From the IMG/VR virus record IMGVR_UViG_3300043499_000058, positions 31 through 64,030 of that record: 64,000 nt of DNA. One strand, given 5' to 3'. Both the position numbers and the translations under genes were made by a program. Source of the DNA: a virus. Taxonomy: Duplodnaviria > Caudoviricetes. The notes beneath the pieces were generated by a model. It ran no database searches and was not told the origin of the DNA. It saw only the letters and a program-made list of their open reading frames with translations. This document shows positions 48,405-57,941 of the stretch, piece after piece. Position 1 is the first letter of the stretch, and each line of letters starts with the position of its first letter.

Positions 48405-49304
48405 CTACAGATTGTCCGTGTAGGCCCGCACGTCTTCAATCGTGTGGACTGCGGAAGTGCCGCCGTTGTAGCTGAGTCCGATAAGTTGGTTGGCCGGTGT
48501 GATGTCGAAGGCGGCAGACGTGACAACGAGCGCCTTGACCGCGTTCGTCAAACCCGTGGTGGTGAGGTTCGTCGTCCAGTTGGCCTTACCGCGCAACTGA
48601 GCAGTCGCGCCGGTGACAAGCACGATCACGTCAAGTTCGATCTCTCCTCTATCGATAGCAGCCGTCCCTGCTCCCCATGTGAATGTGAGCCGAGCGGTGT
48701 CTGCCGTAGACCCGGCAGTTCCTACTCTCACGATCAAGATAGGTGTTGCGATGCCTGCGGCAGTCTTACTGATCACCAAGCGCCAGTGATAGCTCCTTCC
48801 GACCCGGAGAGCGCCAAGCCCGAGGACGGGGATGGCAGACCCGACAACGTATGTGTCGGCTGCGAATCCGGCAGCGGAGGCGGCAGCGGCAAAGTTCGTT
48901 CCGATAGGAGCGGCAGGAGAAGCCTTGTCAACGAACCAGCCAAGGTTGTCTTCGTAGCGAAGCTCGTCACCCGGCGCGAGCGCGACTGACTTCAACTGCA
49001 CGACATCGGTGTTGATCGAGTTACGGTCGATCTGCACCGTGACTTGGTTCGTGACGGCCGCGTCCCGGTTGCGGATACTGATGGACTTGATCCCGCGCAC
49101 CTTGGCCGCGTTCGTCGGTGCTGTCGCAAGAACAGTCGTGTTTGCGGTTGAAATTAGAACATGCCCGGCATCAGGGTTTTCAGGGATTGGCGGGGCGGCA
49201 TCCGATGAGTCCACGAAGGCGCAATAGGCGTCAACGGTTCCTGCCGCCGAAGTGACAACCTCTAGCTCATCCGGGGTGGTTGCGTGTCCAACAAGAATGA
49301 TCAT
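48405..49304 (-). CDS. virion accessory / fibre-like protein
   Basis: Ala/Thr/Gly-rich beta protein in the structural cluster. Confidence 0.6.
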   Translation of the reverse strand: MIILVGHATTPDELEVVTSAAGTVDAYCAFVDSSDAAPPIPENPDAGHVLISTANTTVLATAPTNAAKVRGIKSISIRNRDAAVTNQVTVQIDRNSINTDVVQLKSVALAPGDELRYEDNLGWFVDKASPAAPIGTNFAAAASAAGFAADTYVVGSAIPVLGLGALRVGRSYHWRLVISKTAAGIATPILIVRVGTAGSTADTARLTFTWGAGTAAIDRGEIELDVIVLVTGATAQLRGKANWTTNLTTTGLTNAVKALVVTSAAFDITPANQLIGLSYNGGTSAVHTIEDVRAYTDNL

Positions 49305-50065
49305 CTGCGCAGCAACTCCTTCGGAAACTTTGAGTAGTCAGGGTCGTGGGTTGGATAAACAGGGGCACCCACCCCATCGAAAGTCCAACCGTTGAGAAAT
49401 TCGCTGGTGTCGAGTGTTGGCGATCCCGTGATAGAACGGCCGGTTGCGTTCCCGATAAGATCAACGAGAGAGGTAGCGGCAACATCAAACTCGATCAACC
49501 CTACCGGCGTTCCGTGTGCGTTGTTCTGGATGTCAGATGTCCGCCAGTTAGCATCGAGTGTCGCCTTGTTGGCATCGGACATTGCCCCTTCGAACCAAGC
49601 CGTCACACCGAACCATCCGTCGAACAGGTCGCTTCCGCCATTCCAAGTACCAATCTCCCACTCGCTACACGCAACGGCGTCGGAATGCGTGTTGTCAAGG
49701 TCTTCGTGAGTCCACACACCACCACCCTGCGACCACCCGAGACGTGGAGTTACATTACCAGCACCCTTTGATAGTGCCAAGACGTAGGAATTGACAGTGT
49801 CCTGAAAAAGACTAGTTGATGCTTGAGAGCCAACAGCGTCGGTATCCGTAACCAAGGCATCAATCGGTGCAGACCCTCGGAAGCTCGATCCGTATTTAGC
49901 AGCGCCACCCGTCAGAAGATAGCTCATGCCCATCCACGTGCCTATCGACGCGCGCTTGATGACAACTACCGAAGTGAAAGCTCCATCCCCAACGTTGGCC
50001 AGCGGACTGGCTAACGAGGAGAACCGCACCCAATCCGCACCGTCGAACCGAAGGACGCCCGCCAT
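49301..50065 (-). CDS. LamG/ConA-like virion protein
   Basis: LRFDG.D...EIG......FDG. Confidence 0.6.
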   Translation of the reverse strand: MAGVLRFDGADWVRFSSLASPLANVGDGAFTSVVVIKRASIGTWMGMSYLLTGGAAKYGSSFRGSAPIDALVTDTDAVGSQASTSLFQDTVNSYVLALSKGAGNVTPRLGWSQGGGVWTHEDLDNTHSDAVACSEWEIGTWNGGSDLFDGWFGVTAWFEGAMSDANKATLDANWRTSDIQNNAHGTPVGLIEFDVAATSLVDLIGNATGRSITGSPTLDTSEFLNGWTFDGVGAPVYPTHDPDYSKFPKELLRR

Positions 50066-50386
50066 CTACCAAGACCTCACAGTACCGACAGAGCAATTAC
50101 CCGCCTCATCGTGCAGACAATCGTGGATTCGATAGAACGAACCGGGCCTGGGCGTTCTGACAAGTGCCTGCGCTTCGATCAAGTCACGAAACGCCACACA
50201 ATCCGCTCGCACACGAAAACGCATGATGATGAATTGGCCGAACGGCCCTGGCTTGGTAGCCGCCTTCTCAAATTGCTCTGCCCCGAACCGAAGCTGGCTC
50301 GTAATTCCGGCGAGCAATGCGGCAAAGATCAGATCATTTGCGGCACTCGACGCAAATGCCAATTCAGCATTCAGACAATAAATCAT
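50066..50386 (-). CDS. hypothetical protein
   Basis: packed ORF. Confidence 0.55.
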   Translation of the reverse strand: MIYCLNAELAFASSAANDLIFAALLAGITSQLRFGAEQFEKAATKPGPFGQFIIMRFRVRADCVAFRDLIEAQALVRTPRPGSFYRIHDCLHDEAGNCSVGTVRSW

Positions 50387-50418
50387 GTCAGACGCACACC
50401 ATTTTCACCCCTTATTGT

Positions 50419-50454
50419 CAAGGAGGGGCCAGCAAACAGCCTGACCCCTCCTTG
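50419..50454. terminator. intergenic hairpin
   Basis: CAAGGAGGGG...CCCCTCCTTG. Confidence 0.45.
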
Positions 50455-50478
50455 GCGGTTGTCATTGAGCATCGCCAT

Positions 50479-50967
50479 CTAGTGCAGGAGTGCCACCGTG
50501 GGCGTGACCTTGATCACGTCGCTGGTGGCCAGCACCACCGCGAGTCCGTCATCGAAGTTCGCCTGACCGATTGTCACCGTGTTCGCGTTGTTGTTGATGT
50601 GGAAGCCGTTGATCGTAGCTCCTGTTGCACCAACGGTCGGGAATGTCACCTGCGGATATGTCACCTGCCGACCAAGGTTCGTCGGCCGTTCCGCGATGGC
50701 TCCCCACGTCGCTGCCGCGAGCGTCTGCCGCGCGTAGGACGTGTACGTTGTCTCGGTGATGTTGGCGAACGTCTGCGCGTGCGTGATCACCGTTGAGGCC
50801 GTCTGCGACGTAAACAGACAAAGCTGCAACGGTGACGTGTATTTCGCCGTGGCCAACGGGAACTGCCCGAGCCAGATGTCAAGCCCTTCGTCGGGCATCA
50901 TCTGAGCCATGAACAATTTGTCAGCCTCGAAGGGCAGGTAGTCCCGGTAGTGGATGCGCTCATTCAT
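50479..50967 (-). CDS. virion structural protein
   Basis: LCLFT...E...SYARQ...VTFP pattern of phage structural proteins. Confidence 0.7.
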   Translation of the reverse strand: MNERIHYRDYLPFEADKLFMAQMMPDEGLDIWLGQFPLATAKYTSPLQLCLFTSQTASTVITHAQTFANITETTYTSYARQTLAAATWGAIAERPTNLGRQVTYPQVTFPTVGATGATINGFHINNNANTVTIGQANFDDGLAVVLATSDVIKVTPTVALLH

Positions 50968-51322
50968 CGTCGTCATCCTCCCCCGGCACGCGGATCGCCT
51001 TTGCCCCCACAAGCTCCTCCAACGCCTCCTGTGCGTCGTCGGCTGTCAGCTTGTCCTCCTCGCTCTCTACGCGCGCCTGGATCGCCTTGTGATGCCGCGC
51101 GTAAGGGTCGGTGCCTTCATGCGGTGCCGGAACGGGAGTGGTGACTTCCGTACCCGGTTCGCCGCAATTCGGGCAGACGCCCTCACCATGTTTTTCAGGC
51201 TCGGGGTTTCCAGTCATGTTCGTGATCTGCCTCTTGGTTGCGCCGCCTGAAAAACGGCCAGGGTTCTTGGGCGTCCCGAGTGAACAAGCTGTGTTCTTGC
51301 ACTCGTAGACCTTTGTTGTCAT
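50960..51322 (-). CDS. Zn-ribbon protein
   Basis: C...C...CPNCG; AAGGAG SD. Confidence 0.65.
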   Translation of the reverse strand: MTTKVYECKNTACSLGTPKNPGRFSGGATKRQITNMTGNPEPEKHGEGVCPNCGEPGTEVTTPVPAPHEGTDPYARHHKAIQARVESEEDKLTADDAQEALEELVGAKAIRVPGEDDDDE

Positions 51323-51618
51323 GCAACGACTCCTTCCGGTTCCGGCAAAGGCCCGCCCAGGGCGTGAATGGCCGGACGGGTACACGTGTCGCAATGCTTC
51401 GGCTCCACCGTGTGCCCGACAAAAAGGTTGTCACAACAAGAGCAACGGAACAGCTTGTGGATCTTGGGGTTGTAGATGATCCCAACCGCCAAGCCCAACT
51501 CCGCGATCTGCTCCTCGGTGACAACCTCGCGCTTTTTCCGGTCATGCACGCAACAGACAACGGCCGTGCCGCTGAGGACTATTCGCAGTCCTGTGTGTGC
51601 TGCTCTTGTCTGAGCCAT
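51319..51618 (-). CDS. Cys-rich protein
   Basis: CC.H, CSCC, CDTC. Confidence 0.65.
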   Translation of the reverse strand: MAQTRAAHTGLRIVLSGTAVVCCVHDRKKREVVTEEQIAELGLAVGIIYNPKIHKLFRCSCCDNLFVGHTVEPKHCDTCTRPAIHALGGPLPEPEGVVA

Positions 51619-51655
51619 TTCCGCCCTTTCGTTTGGGTGAAAACAGGGGCCGGTG

Positions 51656-51979
51656 CTAGATCAAACCGAAGTGTTCAATTCGGTGACAATTCGGACAAAG
51701 TGGTTCGCAATTTTCACGAACATACTTTCCGCCGTCCTCACCGGACACGATCCTGTGGATGTCACTTAGAGACTCGTTCCATCCACAACGGATACAGGGT
51801 TGTAGCCTCATGATCGCCTTCCAACGAACGCTTGATGACAAATCGCTGCCCTTCTTCACTTTGCGATGGTAACTGCATAGCGAACGGAACGAAACGCGAG
51901 CGCCAAAGTGCTTTCGTTGACTGACAATTCTTTCAGCTACGTTACTGCATCCTTTCGTTGAACACTGTGGTCTTTTCAT
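51656..51979 (-). mobile_element. HNH endonuclease
   Basis: CIRCGW.....IHRI....GGKY..EN...LCPNCHR.EH. Confidence 0.88.
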
Positions 51980-52007
51980 TGCACCGACCCCGCCGTTTTC
52001 AGTCCGC

Positions 52008-53075
52008 TTACGGCAGCGTGAGCTTCTGCACGCTGTTGGCCAGGTCTGCGTACATCCCGCGCCGCGCACGTCCGACCTGCTGACCCTCGACAAGACGAGA
52101 GATGTCGGCGGGGCCGATGTCGATGCGGAGATCGTGATGCAGCATCTCCTTGAACAGTTCCCTCGGCTGGATCAGGTAGCACGACTTCGCGGTGACGCCG
52201 GGGTACACGAACGAGTCCGTGCCCCTTTTCAGCGTCTCCCCGTCGTAGTAGATGATCGTGTCGATGGGGATGTTCGGGAGAGGGTTGCCCTGAACATCGT
52301 TGACGGGCGTGAGCAGCGCGTTCTCGATCTGGAAACGATCCGCCTCGGACGCGAGAAGCACCGTGCCTCGCCGCTGCGGAATCGCCTGAACGGTTGCCGT
52401 GTAGCCCGCCTGGAATGTCAGGTGCGTTTTCTCCTGAAGCGTCGTGCCAGTCGCATTTGCCGCCGTCAGGTTCCCTGCTGCGTACGTGAACCCGATGATG
52501 ACTGACAAATGCAGGTGGTTGAGAAGTGCGTTGTACGCACGTCCGAACGCCTTGTTGTGAAGCTCGATGCTCCACGTGCGGTCGAACTCCACCATGTCCT
52601 CCGTCCACTCGAAGCCAGCCGCGTACGTCTGGATCGAGCCGAGTGCCGGGGCACCCCTGCGGAGCGTTCCGAACTGAACCTCGCCACCCTCGAACTTCTC
52701 CAAGAAAACCACGTCAGCCTGCAACGTGTTTTCATCGATCTGGAAAGTTCCGCCGGGGAAGGGGCCATTGACCCGCTCGAAGATGGGGCCGTAGAGGAGC
52801 GGGATTTCAGCAAGCCCCCGCGCCACGTCGATCCGCACCTTTTCGAGCAAGTCCATCGCACCCTCGGAAGTCGTGATCATCTCGGAGATGTCCACGTTCT
52901 CCTCGAACCGGATGTTTGTCAGCCCGCCATCTTTGGCAAGAGCATCGACAATCATCTCGGACACAAGAAGCTCCTGCATGACATCGCCGGAGTTGATCGC
53001 GTCCTTCCACGCCCGCTCCTGGGACTTCTTGTCCATCACGTTCCAGTACGGGGCCGTTGCGGTTGCGTTCGCCAT
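52008..53075 (-). CDS. major capsid protein
   Basis: 355 aa; EGGEVQFG, YAAGFEWTEDM; strong SD; position. Confidence 0.85.
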   Translation of the reverse strand: MANATATAPYWNVMDKKSQERAWKDAINSGDVMQELLVSEMIVDALAKDGGLTNIRFEENVDISEMITTSEGAMDLLEKVRIDVARGLAEIPLLYGPIFERVNGPFPGGTFQIDENTLQADVVFLEKFEGGEVQFGTLRRGAPALGSIQTYAAGFEWTEDMVEFDRTWSIELHNKAFGRAYNALLNHLHLSVIIGFTYAAGNLTAANATGTTLQEKTHLTFQAGYTATVQAIPQRRGTVLLASEADRFQIENALLTPVNDVQGNPLPNIPIDTIIYYDGETLKRGTDSFVYPGVTAKSCYLIQPRELFKEMLHHDLRIDIGPADISRLVEGQQVGRARRGMYADLANSVQKLTLP

Positions 53076-53101
53076 TGTCAGTTTCCTCCCTTCTCGGTTT
53101 C

Positions 53102-53476
53102 CTAGACCTCGGGGATCTGCGAAGTCAGAACGACCTCCGCATACCCGTCGGCGTTTTTGGCGGTGACAACCTTGCAGACGCCCAATTCGAGCGCACCGCC
53201 CGCGATCAGGTCGGTGTCACCCCGCTTGAAGCCTGCACCGGCCGACCACTTGAGGTTGGTTCCGACTGCCGGGTTGAGTGCGGCAGGCAGCTTGATCTTC
53301 CATGCTCGGTTCACAGCGACTTCGAGGGCACGCCCCCGGTTGACCGCCGCTGCGGTGATGTCATTGATCAGAAAGCCGGTGAAACCGCTGACCCTGAAAA
53401 GATCACCGTGGTCGCCCACAGTGGCCGCAGGGAAAGAGATGTCGATTGCTTTCTTGTCACCAATGAGATGACCCAT
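53102..53476 (-). CDS. head decoration / capsid cement protein
   Basis: small Gly/Ala-rich beta protein immediately before the capsid gene. Confidence 0.65.
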   Translation of the reverse strand: MGHLIGDKKAIDISFPAATVGDHGDLFRVSGFTGFLINDITAAAVNRGRALEVAVNRAWKIKLPAALNPAVGTNLKWSAGAGFKRGDTDLIAGGALELGVCKVVTAKNADGYAEVVLTSQIPEV

Positions 53477-53495
53477 CTTTTTTCAGCCTCCCTTC

Positions 53496-54140
53496 CTACG
53501 ACTTGTTGTCGTCTGCGTCCGGCGCGGGTGCGTCGAACTCGGCCTGCTTCGCATCGAAGGCCGACTCCACCGTGGAGTAATCGACCTCGGCCAACGCGTA
53601 GACCCGGCGCAGATCGGCCAGTTCGTCAGCGTCGTCGGCGTCGTCCACGGCGGACTTCCAGTCCTCCGCTGACAACTCCTTCGCGGCCTTGATGTCCTTC
53701 TCGGCATCCTCGACCCGCTTGACAAGCGCGTCCTTGTTGCCGTTTTCAGCCAGACCGAGCGCGCGAGCGTGGGTCTGATAGTTCGCCTTCGTCCACGTGG
53801 CACGATCCTCGGGAAGCTCGGCGGATTCCGCCTTCGCATTCGCCCGAAGCTCCTGCTCGGGGGTCAGGGTGGACTCGGGAGCATGTGTGGCAACGTTCGC
53901 CTCCATACCCGGCCCGTCCAGCACGTTCGCGCCGTAGTCCTCGCTTATCGGCACCACGGTCTGCTCGACCGGCAAAAGCCGACCGGCTGCTGTGGTGGGG
54001 TCGGGGGATGCGTACCCCGGAGGGCTGACAACGATGGGCTTCAACTCCTGCGCCATTTCCTGATCCTCCTGACGGAACGAGGGATCGGTTTTCAGTCCCG
54101 GCTGAGACTGGAACAGACCCTCTGAGTCCATGACCGACAT
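53496..54140 (-). CDS. acidic head-associated protein with SAP-like motif
   Basis: ARALGLAENGNKDALVKRV. Confidence 0.65.
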   Translation of the reverse strand: MSVMDSEGLFQSQPGLKTDPSFRQEDQEMAQELKPIVVSPPGYASPDPTTAAGRLLPVEQTVVPISEDYGANVLDGPGMEANVATHAPESTLTPEQELRANAKAESAELPEDRATWTKANYQTHARALGLAENGNKDALVKRVEDAEKDIKAAKELSAEDWKSAVDDADDADELADLRRVYALAEVDYSTVESAFDAKQAEFDAPAPDADDNKS

Positions 54141-54160
54141 TTTCAGTTTCTCCTTTCGTC

Positions 54161-55300
54161 CTAGAGCTTTGACGATCCGACGCTGACCATGCCGGAACGA
54201 CCGACCTTACCGCCGTCCGACTTGTCACCGTTCTGACGTGACCGAGAAAGCGGTGCAGGTGCCGTCACCATCTCGGTGACAAGCACCGACGCCTCGGCAT
54301 CCTCGGCCAAGAACGTCTCGACGGCCTTCTCGATCTCGCCATCGTCCTTGCCGACCATCTCCGTCACCGGGAACAGCCGCATGACCGTGGCGCGTGTTGC
54401 CTTGACCTTCGGCTCGTCGCCCTTCAGGTGCTTTGTCAACGCTGTCAGAACGCGCTCCTTCAGTTCGCCGGTGCCGATGGCATCGACCTTGCTGACAACC
54501 TCCGTGACGGCCTCGACCACATCGGCGTCGTCACCGATGCCAAGAAGCTTGCGGAGCTTGCTGAAGATCGTCTCGGATTCCTTACCGGCGTCTGCGTCCT
54601 TTTTCATCTCGGAGATGCTGTCCTCCATCTCCTCCTCGACGCGAGCCTTCATGAGCTTGAACAGCGACGGGTTCTCCCGCTCGATGTCAGCGAGTGTCGC
54701 CTTGGCCCAATCGACTTCTGCCACTTCACCCTCCTTCATTTCAGTTGCGTAGCCTGCGACAGCCGCGTTCATGCCCTGCGAACCCGGCCGCGCCCAATCG
54801 ATGCTTGACAATCGGAACGTCTCGATGTGTCGCACACCGCCTACCACCTTGCCGGACGCTTTGCCCGCCCAAGATGTCAGTCTGGCCAGACCCGACTTGG
54901 AATGTCTCCGAGCGCGTCCACCAGGGATGTTGTAGCCCTTGACGTAGAGAACGTCCTTCCCGCTCTCCTTTTTCACGACAGCCCCGAGCCACAGTGTCTC
55001 GGGATCGGGGTAGTCGTAGCCGACTCGATCCGGGGGGATGTGCCCCCAATAGCCAGGCTTCTCGTCCTTGTTGATCTGCTCCGCGACGTTGTGCAGGATC
55101 GCGTCAGGCCAGTTGTTGCCGTTGCCTGACAAGCCCGCCTCAACGCGCAGGATCGGGAACTGAGGATGCTCGTCCTCGTACGCCTCGGTCAGTTCTGCAA
55201 CCCGAGTCTTGTTGAGCTTGACAATCCCCGAAACGTCTCCGACCATCTCGGAGACTTCGAGTTCAAGCTCTGCGTTCTCGATGACAAACTCGTCAGCCAT
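54161..55300 (-). CDS. prohead protease / scaffold
   Basis: GLSGN...GYWGH...SIDW..PG..GM; helical C-terminal half. Confidence 0.75.
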   Translation of the reverse strand: MADEFVIENAELELEVSEMVGDVSGIVKLNKTRVAELTEAYEDEHPQFPILRVEAGLSGNGNNWPDAILHNVAEQINKDEKPGYWGHIPPDRVGYDYPDPETLWLGAVVKKESGKDVLYVKGYNIPGGRARRHSKSGLARLTSWAGKASGKVVGGVRHIETFRLSSIDWARPGSQGMNAAVAGYATEMKEGEVAEVDWAKATLADIERENPSLFKLMKARVEEEMEDSISEMKKDADAGKESETIFSKLRKLLGIGDDADVVEAVTEVVSKVDAIGTGELKERVLTALTKHLKGDEPKVKATRATVMRLFPVTEMVGKDDGEIEKAVETFLAEDAEASVLVTEMVTAPAPLSRSRQNGDKSDGGKVGRSGMVSVGSSKL

Positions 55301-55302
55301 TG

Positions 55303-55941
55303 TTACCTCTTTCTCAGGGAGCGGTTGACGCCATCGTTCGGGATCTGCTCGACGCCAGTACCGTTCGCCGTCTGACGATCCTCCTTGCGTCCGAGGAGAC
55401 GCTGGATCGGAGAAACCCGCCCATCGCCCCGCTCGTTCGATTTCGTCCAGGCACCACCCGCCAGGTTTGTCAGCGCGAACGCTGCCACGACACCTGCTCC
55501 TGTGTCACCCACCTTGACGGCTGCGGTGACAAGGCCAGAGGCCGGTACATCGGCGTTGATCGCGGCAGCGATGGATGTCGCCGTCTCTGTGCCGTTGATC
55601 GCACCGGCTGTCACCGCGAGGTTCACGGTGATGTCGTTGCCCGCGACCACAATGGTTCGACCGACTGTGCCGCCGGGGTTGACAAACGCGACCCGGACAG
55701 AGTTGCCCAGGTAGTCCGCATTCTTGGCCGTGAACAGAAGATCGTTGTCTGCGCCCGCCATCGCAGTTGTCAGGGTTGCCTTGGTAGCGAAGCCGCGCAG
55801 CGACTCACGATCCCCGATGACCGTGTTCGGATCGTCCTTGCCGAGCGTCCTGATCGAGCGCCGCGACTGCGACGTGATCCGCACCGGCAAACGCCAGCGG
55901 TTGCTCCTGCGCAACGGGTTGTTGCTGAGAATCCTTGGCAC
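55303..55941 (-). CDS. structural protein with Arg-rich termini
   Basis: central FTAK..LGNSVRV...TATSIAAAIN domain. Confidence 0.65.
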   Translation of the reverse strand: MPRILSNNPLRRSNRWRLPVRITSQSRRSIRTLGKDDPNTVIGDRESLRGFATKATLTTAMAGADNDLLFTAKNADYLGNSVRVAFVNPGGTVGRTIVVAGNDITVNLAVTAGAINGTETATSIAAAINADVPASGLVTAAVKVGDTGAGVVAAFALTNLAGGAWTKSNERGDGRVSPIQRLLGRKEDRQTANGTGVEQIPNDGVNRSLRKR

Positions 55942-56084
55942 TACCTACCTCCTCTCGTTTTCACTCCGGTTCGTACACCCTTGGGGGTGCTGCCCTTCTT
56001 GCGGGCAGACAGTGTTGTCACCGTCTTGCCCACAGTCGTCGGGCCGTCCTTGTCGATCCGAAGTACGCGGGGCGGAATTGTCAT
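55941..56084 (-). CDS. small basic peptide (47 aa)
   Basis: hand translation MTIPPRVLRIDK...GVKTRGGR; coupled at both ends. Confidence 0.55.
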   Translation of the reverse strand: MTIPPRVLRIDKDGPTTVGKTVTTLSARKKGSTPKGVRTGVKTRGGR

Positions 56085-56200
56085 CGAACACCCCGAACGT
56101 GAAGCTCGATGCCTGACGGGACGATGACGCGCTTGCGCACGATGTAGTTGCGTCGTGTGCGGCGCTTCCCGAGGCGAAGCTTCTTGTTGTTGTATTTCAT
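56081..56200 (-). CDS. small basic peptide (39 aa)
   Basis: MKYNNKKLRLGKRRTRRNYIVRKR...; AAGGAGAAGG SD. Confidence 0.6.
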   Translation of the reverse strand: MKYNNKKLRLGKRRTRRNYIVRKRVIVPSGIELHVRGVR

Positions 56201-56202
56201 TG

Positions 56203-56349
56203 TCACCTTCTCCTTCTTCGACGGACTCTGTTACGGCCTACCCGCGCTGCTACCTGCTTCGGGTTCTTGATCCCCTTGCGCCGGTTGCCGTAACGACGAC
56301 GATGTACCGACTTTTTCAGCCTGATCTTCCGTGGCCTTCCCGACCTCAC
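56203..56349 (-). CDS. protamine-like peptide (48 aa)
   Basis: MRSGRPRKIRLKK...RVRRRRRR; GTGA-coupled to portal. Confidence 0.55.
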   Translation of the reverse strand: MRSGRPRKIRLKKSVHRRRYGNRRKGIKNPKQVAARVGRNRVRRRRRR

Positions 56350-57941
56350 TCGTTACGGCCCCCTCCATTGCGGCCGGACGCCGCAGGCTGCTTACGCCGC
56401 GTGCCACGGTTGCCGTTGCCGTTTGTCAGTTGCGGCTGCGGTGTGGCCTTGGCGATCTCGATGGCGTTTTCCTTATCGATTTCTGCCAGGTGTTCCTCCA
56501 AGGACAAATTGTCTGCTGCGTCCTCAGCTTCCTGGGTCGGTGCCTTCATCGTTCTGAAAACGCGGAACTGACGCAGCGCCTCGCGTGCCGTGTTCTCGCT
56601 GATCAGCTTGCGCTCCAAGAGGACTTCGAGCGTCATGACGAACTGCTGCATCGCCTGGGTCAGAGTGACAAGGCTTTCGACCCTGATCTCTGTCCACAGG
56701 ATGTCAAGACGAACCGGCTCCTCGCCGTTCATGGCCAGCATCATCTTGACAATCATCTGAAGCGGCTCCTGATACTGAGCGCGCTTCCGTTCGATCTTCT
56801 TCTCGAAGGGGATTGTCTGCGCATTCATGTTGCCTGACGACGTTCCACCCTCGACGCGCATGAAAGCCCACTCGGGCGTCTCGGACGCGACAGCGATGCA
56901 GTCGATCAGGAATTCGAGAAGTGTCTTGGAGTCGCCAAGCACACTTGTCACTTCGATGAAATCGATGTCCTCCTCGGAACCGATGAAAAGAACCTCGCGG
57001 CCCTTCCAAGGAATCGTAGCGCCTGAAATCGGTTCACCCGTTTCCTGATCGATGACGCTCGGGAAATTGTTGACCAGGAACGCCTTGACATCCTCGACCT
57101 TGAATTTCAACTTGGGCGTGGAGTGGTAAGCGTGGGCCTGCAACGCCTGACGCATGACTTCGTGGAACGCCTTGATGAAGGGGTAGACCGATTCCAGATC
57201 GGACTGTCCACCTGACAAAGCCGAGTCGAACTCGTTGTAGACAGCCAAGATAGGAACGAACCCATCCGGGTTGTCACGATTCCAGTCGGTCAGCCACCGC
57301 TGCGCGGTGCGGTCGTAGTACGTGTACGACTCGGGAGTGATGACCTCCCAAATTTCATGCTCCTTGATCTGCGGCTTCGTTCCACGCTTGACATCCGGCC
57401 TCGGCTGGATCTCGTCCACCCACTCCACCATTGTCACGATGACGGCCTGGGTGATCAGCTTCGGGTTCCGCTTGTCATACGTGACGGTGATGCGCTCTGG
57501 CTCGATCAACGTCAACGTGCAGGAGCGGCGTTCCTCCTCGGTTGTCAGCCTATCGGAAAGAGGCGGTTGCCAGATGCGAACGTATGTCAGGGAGTCGCGC
57601 AACGAGTTACGGAAAATCTCGATGAGTTGCGGCTTCCAGTGACGGTCGATGGCCTCGTTGACAAAGGCCGTCAATTCCTCGTCGTCGCCATTGACGACGG
57701 GCATTCCCATGAACTCGACCGTGCGGTCGATGATCGGCTTGCAGAACCCGGCCCCGAGATGACTGTCAGCCCCATCGTTCCGGTATAGCTGACGAGCCAT
57801 GTCGTAGTCCACCCGCGTTTTGTCAAGCGCAGGTGCCGGGCCAAAGAAAGATCCACTCAACACGCGCCAGTTGTGGCGAAGGCCACCTGACAACCATGTG
57901 AGTTGTTCGCTGATCCATCCTGTGAATCTACTCATGTCCAC
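56346..57941 (-). CDS. portal protein
   Basis: 531 aa after terminase; NPDGFVPI...G.SDLE...SETP. Confidence 0.88.
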   Translation of the reverse strand: MDMSRFTGWISEQLTWLSGGLRHNWRVLSGSFFGPAPALDKTRVDYDMARQLYRNDGADSHLGAGFCKPIIDRTVEFMGMPVVNGDDEELTAFVNEAIDRHWKPQLIEIFRNSLRDSLTYVRIWQPPLSDRLTTEEERRSCTLTLIEPERITVTYDKRNPKLITQAVIVTMVEWVDEIQPRPDVKRGTKPQIKEHEIWEVITPESYTYYDRTAQRWLTDWNRDNPDGFVPILAVYNEFDSALSGGQSDLESVYPFIKAFHEVMRQALQAHAYHSTPKLKFKVEDVKAFLVNNFPSVIDQETGEPISGATIPWKGREVLFIGSEEDIDFIEVTSVLGDSKTLLEFLIDCIAVASETPEWAFMRVEGGTSSGNMNAQTIPFEKKIERKRAQYQEPLQMIVKMMLAMNGEEPVRLDILWTEIRVESLVTLTQAMQQFVMTLEVLLERKLISENTAREALRQFRVFRTMKAPTQEAEDAADNLSLEEHLAEIDKENAIEIAKATPQPQLTNGNGNRGTRRKQPAASGRNGGGRNE

